From assembly GCA_036272075.1 (NCBI GenBank), contig DATAZK010000080.1, positions 1-24,000 of the forward strand: a stretch of DNA of 24,000 nt, in the 5' to 3' direction. Position 1 is the stretch's first letter, and each line of letters opens with the position of its first letter. This document shows positions 16,584 to 23,850 of the stretch, piece after piece. The translations under genes were made by a program, and so were the position numbers. This stretch comes from Frankiaceae bacterium (lineage in GTDB: Bacteria; Actinomycetota; Actinomycetes; Frankiales; Frankiaceae). The notes below the pieces were generated by a model. It saw nothing but the letters and a program-made list of their open reading frames with translations, made no database searches and was not told the DNA's origin.

Positions 16584-17321
16584 ATGGAGTTCACCCCGAC
16601 AGCCGAAAAGCTGATCCCCGATCTGAGCGAGCGGGAAGAGCTCGTCCTGCTGGCGCGCACGCTGTGGCGCGAGGGATACAACGACCACCTCGCCGGCCAC
16701 ATCACCTGCGCGCTCGGCGACGGCACCTTGCTGTGCAACCCCTGGCTCATCACCTGGAACGAGCTGCGCCCCGAGCAGGTCATCCGCATCGACCTGGAGG
16801 GCAACCTCGTCGAGGGTGACTGGCCGGTGCCGCTCGGCATCCCGCTGCACCTGCAGCTGCACAAGCTGCGCGAGGACGTGAAGTGGGCCTGCCACAACCA
16901 CCCGCTCTACGGCACGGTGTGGGCCGACATGGGTGAGGTGCCGCCGATCTTCGACCAGAGCTCCGCGCTCGGGGGCGGCGGCGCGCTCGCGCTGGTCGAC
17001 GAGTACGACGGGCCGGTCAACGACCCCAACACCGCACGTCAGGCCATCGAGAAGATGGCCGGCGCGCATCTGGCTCTGCTCGCCGGCCACGGCGTCTTCG
17101 TGCTCGGGGGTTCAGCGCGGGCGGTGCACCAGCGGGCGGTCGCGCTCGAGCAGCGCTGCCAGCGGGCGTGGCACGTACGCGCCGCAGGTTCGACGGCCGG
17201 CTCGCCACTTCCCGAGGGCTACCTGACCGCGATGTCGCGCTCCGACGGCGAGGGCTTCATCGGCTTCTGGGAAGCCATGGTGCGCCACGAGCTGCGCGCC
17301 GACCCCACCCTCCTCGACTGA
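16584..17321 (+). CDS. Class II aldolase / adducin N-terminal domain family protein
   Basis: 245-aa ORF. The ATG is preceded by GAGGAG, which overlaps the upstream stop. HLQLHKLREDVKWACHNHP (H..H.H metal site) and LLAGHGVFVLGGSARAVHQRAVALE fit the class II aldolase/epimerase/decarboxylase fold. Confidence 0.85.
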   Translation: MEFTPTAEKLIPDLSEREELVLLARTLWREGYNDHLAGHITCALGDGTLLCNPWLITWNELRPEQVIRIDLEGNLVEGDWPVPLGIPLHLQLHKLREDVKWACHNHPLYGTVWADMGEVPPIFDQSSALGGGGALALVDEYDGPVNDPNTARQAIEKMAGAHLALLAGHGVFVLGGSARAVHQRAVALEQRCQRAWHVRAAGSTAGSPLPEGYLTAMSRSDGEGFIGFWEAMVRHELRADPTLLD

Positions 17322-18086
17322 TCATGAACGGGCCTTGAGGGAGGCCTGGATGGCCCGGATGCGGTCGGCGAAACCGGGCTGATCCATCGACCACTCCTGG
17401 GCCTCGAGCTCCAGGGCCATGGCGTGCTCGGGGCTGGAGAGTTGCAGGCCCGCGCGTAGGGAGGCCTTGGTGCGGGCGAGCAGTTCCCGCGGGCGACCGG
17501 CGGCGCGGCGGGCGAGCTTCAACGCGAGCGGCATGAGTTCGTCGTCGGGGACGCAGCGCCAGGCCAGCCCTGACGCGGCCGCCTCGGCGCCGTCGAGCGT
17601 GTCGCCGCAGAGCACGAGAGCGGCCGCGCCCTGGGTGCCGATGCGCTGGGTGAGACGCCACAGGTGCCCGCCGCCGGGGTGGATGCCGACGTCGAGCCAG
17701 CGGGGGTCGAAGCGGGCCCCGGGTGCGGTCAGGATCACGTCGCAGGCGAGCGGCAGGTTGACGCCGGCCCCGATCGCCGGGGAGGCGACGGCGGCGATGG
17801 TGGGGACCGGCGCATTGGCCAGCGAGAGGAAGCCGGCGTAGGTCGCTGCCAGCGGAACTTCCCGTGAAATAAGGGCATCCAGCGAGCCGCCGGCGCAAAA
17901 GACGGGTGGCTCGGCGGTCAGCACGATCGCTCCGGCGCCCTCGTCGAGTGCCGCCTGGACCGCCGCCGCAAGGGCGTTGCTGAGCGCGGGTGAGAGCGCG
18001 TTGCGATGAGCCGGGTCCGTGAGCCGGATGACCGCCACGCCGTCCTCGACCGTGCTGGAGACGAGGCTGGAAGGGGGCGAACTCAT
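17322..18086 (-). CDS. Enoyl-CoA hydratase/isomerase (crotonase) family protein
   Basis: 254-aa ORF. VAVIRLTDPAHRNALSPAL...IVLTAEPPVFCAGGSL is the crotonase oxyanion-hole region. Its ATG overlaps the TetR stop (ATGA, 18083-18086). Confidence 0.87.
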   Translation of the reverse strand: MSSPPSSLVSSTVEDGVAVIRLTDPAHRNALSPALSNALAAAVQAALDEGAGAIVLTAEPPVFCAGGSLDALISREVPLAATYAGFLSLANAPVPTIAAVASPAIGAGVNLPLACDVILTAPGARFDPRWLDVGIHPGGGHLWRLTQRIGTQGAAALVLCGDTLDGAEAAASGLAWRCVPDDELMPLALKLARRAAGRPRELLARTKASLRAGLQLSSPEHAMALELEAQEWSMDQPGFADRIRAIQASLKARS

Positions 18087-18754
18087 CGCGTGAAGGCTCC
18101 TTCGACGATCTCGTGCAGCGCTTGGATCGACAGTCTTTCGCCCGCTGTCGGGTCATCGGCCATCACCGCCGGGTCGAGCGACTGGTATCCGTGCACGATG
18201 CCGCTGAAGATGCGCGAGAGCACGGCGGCGTCGCCCTCGCGAAACACTCCCGCGCGTTGGCCCTCGGTGAACAGGTCGGCCTGCATGCGCATCGCTTCGT
18301 CGAAGCGCAGCTGGACGCTCGGGTCGACGGTGACGCCATGTGCGGCGTCGGCCGTGCCCGTGAAACGCAAGTAGAGGCGTCCGAAGGCAGGGTGCGAACG
18401 GAAGAATCCCACCTGGAAGTCGACCAGCCGTTGCAGCCGGGACAGGACGTCAGCCCCTCCGGAGGGGTCGAGCGCGTCAGCCATGCCCGGCATGAATTCC
18501 ATGCCGCGGCGCAGCCACACGTGGCGGAAGAGCTCTTCCTTGCTCGGGAAGAACAGGTAGACGGAGCCGACGGCAAAGCCCGCCAGCTCGGCGATCTCCT
18601 TCAGCGTCGCGAGCGCGAATCCGCGGCTGCCGAAGATCTCCTCGGCGGCGTCGAGCAGATGGGTGCGGCTGAGGTCTTGCTGGCGAAGGCGACGCTGCGT
18701 GCGCCGGTCGACGGCTGGGTCCGCCTTTGCGTCGGTCGTGAGCGGGCCGGTCAC
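18083..18754 (-). CDS. TetR/AcrR family transcriptional regulator
   Basis: The HTH region reads RTHLLDAAEEIFGSRGFALATLKEIAELAGFAVGSVYLFFPSKEELF. The ORF-track ATG at 18760 directly abuts GGAGGA with zero spacing. The in-frame GTG at 18754, 6 nt after GGAGGA, is the better start. Confidence 0.9.
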   Translation of the reverse strand: MTGPLTTDAKADPAVDRRTQRRLRQQDLSRTHLLDAAEEIFGSRGFALATLKEIAELAGFAVGSVYLFFPSKEELFRHVWLRRGMEFMPGMADALDPSGGADVLSRLQRLVDFQVGFFRSHPAFGRLYLRFTGTADAAHGVTVDPSVQLRFDEAMRMQADLFTEGQRAGVFREGDAAVLSRIFSGIVHGYQSLDPAVMADDPTAGERLSIQALHEIVEGAFTR

Positions 18755-18804
18755 GAGCATTCCTCCCCGTCTCGCGCCGGACTTGCCAATCCGGCGAGTC
18801 CGTG

Positions 18805-18850
18805 TGAATCATAAGCCGGAACGCTGAACGTGGATTCAGTATCGTTCACG
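18805..18850. promoter_or_regulatory. Candidate TetR operator(s) in the divergent intergenic region
   Basis: Two nested inverted repeats occur in an unusually AT-richer stretch: TGAATC (18805-18810) / GATTCA (18833-18838), and TGAACG (18825-18830) / CGTTCA (18844-18849). They lie between the TetR gene and the amidohydrolase operon. Assignment is by position only. Confidence 0.25.
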
Positions 18851-18871
18851 GATCGACCGGCAGGAGCCGCA

Positions 18872-20149
18872 ATGGACGCCAACGACATGATCCTGATCAG
18901 TGTGGACGATCATCTGGTCGAGCCCCCGGACATGTTCGAAGGCCGGCTGCCGGCGAAGTTCGCCGATCAGGCGCCCCGCGTCATCCGCAAGCCCGACGGC
19001 TCCGACGTGTGGGTCTTCAACGGCACCGAGATCCCCAACATCGGGCTGAACGCGGTGGCCGGGCGCCCCCGGGAGGAGTACGGGGTCGAGCCGACCGCGT
19101 ACACCGAGATGCGTCCGGGCTGCTACGACATCCACGAGCGGATCAAGGACATGAGCGCCGGCGGCGTGCTTGCGTCGATGTGCTTCCCGTCCTTCCCCGC
19201 CTTTTCCGGACGGCTTTTCGCCGCAGCCGAGGACAAGGGGCTCGCGCTCGCGACCGTGCAGGCCTACAACGACTGGCACGTCGACACCTGGTGCGCGGCC
19301 TACCCCGGGCGCTTCATCCCCATGGCGCTGCCCGTGCTCTGGGACGCCGAGCTGGCGGCCGCGGAGGTACGCCGGATGGCGGCCAAGGGCGTGCACTCGA
19401 TCACCTTCACCGAGAACCCGGCGACGCTGGGATACCCGAGCTTCCACGAGAGCTACTGGGACCCGCTGTGGAAGGCGCTCGTCGACGAGAACGTCGTGCT
19501 GAGCATCCACCTCGGCTCGTCGGGAAAACTCGCGATCACCTCGCCTGACGCGCCGGTCGACGTGATGATCACGCTGCAGCCGATGAACATCTGCCAGGCC
19601 GCGGCCGACCTCGTGTGGTCACGGATCCCGAAGCAGTTCCCGGACATCAGGATCGCGCTGTCGGAGGGCGGCACCGGGTGGATCCCGTACTTCCTTGACC
19701 GGCTCGATCGCACGTACGAGATGCACCACCTGTGGACCGGTCAGGATTTCGGCAACCAGCTGCCGAGCGACATCTTCCGCAAGCACTTCCTGACCTGCTT
19801 CATCGCCGATCCGGTCGGCGTCCAGCTGCGCCACCTCATCGGGATGGACAACATTTCCTGGGAGTGCGACTACCCGCACTCGGACTCCTCGTGGCCGACG
19901 TCGGCGCAGGAGCTGGAGGCCGTCACGGCGGGCGTGCCGGACGACGAGATCAACAAGATCACCTACGAGAACGCGATGCGCTGGTATTCCTTCGATCCCT
20001 TCGTGCACCGCACCCGCGAGCAGTGCACGGTGGGGGCGCTGAAGGCAGAGGTCGCCGGGCACGACGTCGGCGTCCACGCCTTCGACACCGGACGCATCGA
20101 GCGCACCCACAGCGGGATCGATGTGGGCAATCTCGTACCCACGGCTTAG
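18872..20149 (+). CDS. Amidohydrolase_2 (PF04909-like) protein, paralogue B
   Basis: From the ATG at 18872 (AGGAG upstream): MDANDMILISVDDHLVEPPDMFEGRLP...LNAVAGRPRE...MRPGCYDIHERIKDMSAGGV...AYNDWHVDTW...SIHLGSSG...ECDYPHSDSSWP. It is colinear with paralogue A and identical at roughly half the positions I aligned by eye. Confidence 0.9.
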   Translation: MDANDMILISVDDHLVEPPDMFEGRLPAKFADQAPRVIRKPDGSDVWVFNGTEIPNIGLNAVAGRPREEYGVEPTAYTEMRPGCYDIHERIKDMSAGGVLASMCFPSFPAFSGRLFAAAEDKGLALATVQAYNDWHVDTWCAAYPGRFIPMALPVLWDAELAAAEVRRMAAKGVHSITFTENPATLGYPSFHESYWDPLWKALVDENVVLSIHLGSSGKLAITSPDAPVDVMITLQPMNICQAAADLVWSRIPKQFPDIRIALSEGGTGWIPYFLDRLDRTYEMHHLWTGQDFGNQLPSDIFRKHFLTCFIADPVGVQLRHLIGMDNISWECDYPHSDSSWPTSAQELEAVTAGVPDDEINKITYENAMRWYSFDPFVHRTREQCTVGALKAEVAGHDVGVHAFDTGRIERTHSGIDVGNLVPTA

Positions 20150-20192
20150 GCGGGCCGGTTTTGTCGGCCGTGGATCGGCCGATGATGGGTAG

Positions 20193-21122
20193 GTGAAGGA
20201 CGATCTGACCTCCCCGCGGCTGGAAGGCACGTTCGCTGTGGGGGAGCGCCGGCTGGGGTTCGCCGAATTCGGCAACCCCCGCGGGCGGGCGGTGCTCTGG
20301 ATGCATGGCACTCCAGGCGCCCGGCGACAGGTGCCCGAGCCGGCGCGGCTCGCGGCGCAGGAGCTGGATCTGCGCATCGTCGGGATCGACCGGCCGGGAG
20401 TCGGCGCCTCGACCCCCCACCGCTACACCTGCATCCGCGACTTCGCGTCTGACGTCGAGCCGCTGCTCGACGCGCTGGGCATCGACACGTTCGTGATGAT
20501 CGGCCTCTCCGGCGGCGGTCCGTACGTGCTCGGCTGCGCTCACGCGATGCCCGACCGGATGATGGCCGCCGGGCTGATCGGCAGCGTCGCTCCCACGGTC
20601 GGGCCGGACGCTCCCGGCGGGGGTCCGGTCGAATTGACCCGCACCCTGCACTCGTTCCTCACGCGTATGCGGGTACCGCTGTCGTTCACGCTGACCGCGC
20701 TCGCCTGGGCAGGACGCCCGGTGGCGGGCAATGCATTGGATCTCTATGCGCGGCTGAGCCCCGAGGGCGACCGGCGGATGCTGCTGCGTCCGGAGTTTCG
20801 GGCGATGTTCCTGGACGACCTGCTCAACGGCAGCCGGATGGGCCTGCGCGCGCCGGTCGACGACCTCATTCTCTTCGGCCAGGACTGGGGATTTCCGCTT
20901 TCTGAGATACGCGTGCCGGTTCACGCCTGGCACGGGGAGCGCGACCACCTGGTCCCCTTCGCTCACGGCATCCACCTGGTCTCGCGGCTTCCCGAGGCCC
21001 ACCTGTACCCGATCCCGGGAGAGAGCCACCTCGGCGGTCTCGGCGAGGCCGAGGAGATCCTGCGCACGCTGACGAAAGCCTGGGATTCGCAGCTGCGCCG
21101 CCCGGTGGCTGCTCGCCGCTGA
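20193..21122 (+). CDS. Alpha/beta-fold hydrolase
   Basis: 309-aa ORF with a GTG start directly after an in-frame TAG. WMHGTPG (oxyanion region), nucleophile elbow GLSGGG, WHGERDHLVP (acid), and GESHLG (His). Confidence 0.85.
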   Translation: MKDDLTSPRLEGTFAVGERRLGFAEFGNPRGRAVLWMHGTPGARRQVPEPARLAAQELDLRIVGIDRPGVGASTPHRYTCIRDFASDVEPLLDALGIDTFVMIGLSGGGPYVLGCAHAMPDRMMAAGLIGSVAPTVGPDAPGGGPVELTRTLHSFLTRMRVPLSFTLTALAWAGRPVAGNALDLYARLSPEGDRRMLLRPEFRAMFLDDLLNGSRMGLRAPVDDLILFGQDWGFPLSEIRVPVHAWHGERDHLVPFAHGIHLVSRLPEAHLYPIPGESHLGGLGEAEEILRTLTKAWDSQLRRPVAARR

Positions 21123-21137
21123 TACCCGCCGTCGGGT

Positions 21138-22385
21138 GTGCCAGCATGCGGCATGGCCCCGGACGAGATCGTCATCGACGACTACGCCAACCCTCAGTTC
21201 AGCCCGGAAGCACGAGCGATGCTCGACGCGATCGCCGCCTCGCCCGCCCTCCCGCTGGAACCCAAGGTGCTGATGGACGCGGCGAGCGAGCAGACCGGGC
21301 TCGACGACTTCGGCGCCGACTGGTTTCGCGAGCCCCTCGATGTGGTGTGCCGGGCGATCCCGAAGGAGGCCGGGCTCTCACCGACCGGTCGCGTGACGGC
21401 GGGGATGTCGCTGGTGGGCATGCTGACCAACCGGCTGCGGCTGGAGGATCTGATCCGCCGCCATCCCGAGATCGAGCAGGTGCCGATCTCGCGTCCGATC
21501 ATCATCGCCGGGCTCCCTCGCACCGGGACCACGCACCTGCACAACCTGCTGTCGGCAGACCCGGGGCTGCGCTCGCTGCCGTACTGGGAGAGCCTCGAAC
21601 CGGTTCCGGCGATCATTCCGCCGCCCGATCCGGATCCGCGGATCGAGCGGGCGGCGATGGCGACCGGGTTCACCGATGTGGCCATGCCGCACTTCAAGGC
21701 CATGCACGAGATGACGCCCGAGCACGTCCACGAGGAGGTGCAACTGCAGACGCTGACGTTCGCGACCATGCTGCTGGAGACCCAGTGGCACGTGCCGAGC
21801 TATCGCGACTGGTGGAAAGCAACCGACCAGACCCCTTCCTACGAATATTTGCGCCGCGCGCTGCAGGCGCTTCAGTGGCTACGCGGCGGGGAGCGTTGGG
21901 TGCTGAAAAGCCCGCAGCATCTGGAGCAATTTCCCCGGCTGATGAGCGTCTTTCCCGACGCCACGGTCGTCTGTACGCATCGCGATCCCGTCGAGGTGAC
22001 GGCGTCCTTCGTGACGATGGTCAGCTACAGCGCGCGGCTTTCCATCGAGCATCCGGATCCGACGGCTATCGGCCGCTACTGGTCCGACCGGATCCAGGAC
22101 ATGCTCTCGGCGTGCGTGCGGGACCGCGAAGTGCTGGCCCCGGAGCGCTCGATGGACCTGCGTTTCAACGACTTCATGGCCGATGACTGGGCGGCCGTCG
22201 AGCAGATCTACGCGATCGCCGGGCAGCCGCTCCCGGAGGTGAACCGGGCAGCGATCCAGGCGTATCTGGATGGGCACGGACGCGGCCGGCATGGGCGGAT
22301 CCGCTACGACCTGGCGTCGTTCGGCGTCGATGTGGCCGAGCGCGAGGCCGGACTCGCCGGCTACCGCGAACGATTCGGGGTGTGA
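21138..22385 (+). CDS. PAPS-dependent sulfotransferase family protein (Sulfotransfer_3-like, mycobacterial Stf-like)
   Basis: The 5'-PSB loop is IIIAGLPRTGTTHLHNLL. The 3'-PB region is VVCTHRDPVEVTASF. Also WVLKSPQHL. The start is either GTG at 21138 or ATG at 21153. Confidence 0.85.
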   Translation: MPACGMAPDEIVIDDYANPQFSPEARAMLDAIAASPALPLEPKVLMDAASEQTGLDDFGADWFREPLDVVCRAIPKEAGLSPTGRVTAGMSLVGMLTNRLRLEDLIRRHPEIEQVPISRPIIIAGLPRTGTTHLHNLLSADPGLRSLPYWESLEPVPAIIPPPDPDPRIERAAMATGFTDVAMPHFKAMHEMTPEHVHEEVQLQTLTFATMLLETQWHVPSYRDWWKATDQTPSYEYLRRALQALQWLRGGERWVLKSPQHLEQFPRLMSVFPDATVVCTHRDPVEVTASFVTMVSYSARLSIEHPDPTAIGRYWSDRIQDMLSACVRDREVLAPERSMDLRFNDFMADDWAAVEQIYAIAGQPLPEVNRAAIQAYLDGHGRGRHGRIRYDLASFGVDVAEREAGLAGYRERFGV

Positions 22386-22386
22386 G

Positions 22387-23850
22387 TCACAGCGCGATGA
22401 AGACGTTCTTGGGCCGCAGCCATTCCTCGAGCCCGGCGCGGCCGCCCTCCCGTCCGAACCCGCTCTGCTTGTATCCGCCGAACGGGGTGGTCGGCGACAT
22501 GCCGGACATCCCGTTGACCGAGATGGAGCCGGCCTCGATGGCGTGCGCGAGGCGATGGGCGCGGGCCAGATCGCGAGTGTGGACGTAGGAGGCCAAGCCG
22601 TAGCGGCTGTCGTTGGCCTTCGCGACGACCTCGTCCTCGTCGGAAAAGCGCAGCACCGAAAGCACCGGTCCGAAGACCTCCTCGCGAGCGATCTCGCTGT
22701 CGTGGGCGACATCGGCCAGGACGGTCGGGGCGAGGAAATAGCCTTCCGCGAGATCGCCGCCGAGCCTGGTGCCGCCGGCGAGGAGCGTGGCGCCGTCGCT
22801 GGCGGCGCGCTGGACCATGCCCAGGATCCGGCCCACAGCATGTTCGGTGATGACCGGGCCCATCTGGGTTTTCGGGTCGAGCGGATCGCCGACCCGGAAG
22901 TGCTGCACCATCGCCACCAGGCGGGAGACGACCTCGTCGTAGACGCCGTCCTGCACGTAGAGGCGGGTGGGCAGGGCACAGCCCTGGCCGGAGAGCAGTT
23001 GCACGCCGAGGGCCGCCGCCATCGGGACGGCGACGTCGAGGTTCGCGTCGTCGAAGATGAGGTTGGCCGACTTGCCCCCGAGTTCGAGGGCCACCGGTTT
23101 GAGGGTCTCGGCAGCGAGCGTCATCACCCGGCGCGCGACCACCCCGCCGCCGGTGAAACTGACCTTGTCGACGCCGGGATGGCGCACCAGCGCCTCGCCC
23201 GCCTCGGCGCCGCCGGCCACGACATTGAGCACGCCGGGAGGAACGCCGGCCTCCAGAGCCAGCTCGGCGAACAGGTAAGCGCCGAAGGGCGCTAACTCCG
23301 GTGGTTTGGCGACCACGGTGTTGCCGGCGGCCATCGCCGGGACGGCCTTCTGACCCATTCCCATCATCGGGCCGTTCCAGGGCACCATCACTCCGGCGAC
23401 GCCCCAGGGCTCCGACAGGATGTAGTTCAGCCCCTGCACCGGATACGTCGGCACGACGCTTCCCTCGACCTTGTCACACCAGCCGGCGTAGTAGCGCGTC
23501 CACTGGGCGGTGTAGGCGCCGGGACCCAGGCCCGCGACCGGATTGCCGTTCTCCAGGGCGCTGATGATTGCGGTGCGCTCGCTGTGCTTTTCGAGCAGAT
23601 CAGCCAAACGATGCAGGATCTTGGCGCGCCGGTCGGTCGTCATCGCGCGCCAGGCGGGCAGGGCTGCCCGCGCGGCCGCGACGGCCTGGTCGACGTCGGC
23701 CGACCCGGCCATCGGCACCTCGGCCTGCACCTTTCCGGTCGCCGGGTTGTGATGCGCATAGCTGCCGCCGCTACCTTGCGCGACGCGATCGCCGCCGATG
23801 AGCAGCCCCTTGGCCGCCATCTCGGCAAGCAGCGTGCCGTGGTCGGCCAT
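22387..23850 (-). CDS. NAD(P)-dependent aldehyde dehydrogenase
   Basis: FTGGGVVARRVM, catalytic Glu in LELGGKSANLIF, catalytic Cys in SGQGCALPTRLYV, and EEVFGPV. The ATG at 23850 shares 1 nt with the upstream gene's TGA. The ORF track uses the GTG at 23853. Confidence 0.93.
   Translation of the reverse strand: MADHGTLLAEMAAKGLLIGGDRVAQGSGGSYAHHNPATGKVQAEVPMAGSADVDQAVAAARAALPAWRAMTTDRRAKILHRLADLLEKHSERTAIISALENGNPVAGLGPGAYTAQWTRYYAGWCDKVEGSVVPTYPVQGLNYILSEPWGVAGVMVPWNGPMMGMGQKAVPAMAAGNTVVAKPPELAPFGAYLFAELALEAGVPPGVLNVVAGGAEAGEALVRHPGVDKVSFTGGGVVARRVMTLAAETLKPVALELGGKSANLIFDDANLDVAVPMAAALGVQLLSGQGCALPTRLYVQDGVYDEVVSRLVAMVQHFRVGDPLDPKTQMGPVITEHAVGRILGMVQRAASDGATLLAGGTRLGGDLAEGYFLAPTVLADVAHDSEIAREEVFGPVLSVLRFSDEDEVVAKANDSRYGLASYVHTRDLARAHRLAHAIEAGSISVNGMSGMSPTTPFGGYKQSGFGREGGRAGLEEWLRPKNVFIAL

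Noticed and set aside
15993-22979. Long minus-strand ORFs at 15993..17090 (365 aa), 19959..21029 (356 aa) and 21879..22979 (366 aa), and the plus-strand ORF at 22270..23295 (341 aa)
   Set aside because: Each is antisense or off-frame to a motif-supported enzyme gene and crosses real gene boundaries. All are rejected as shadow ORFs.
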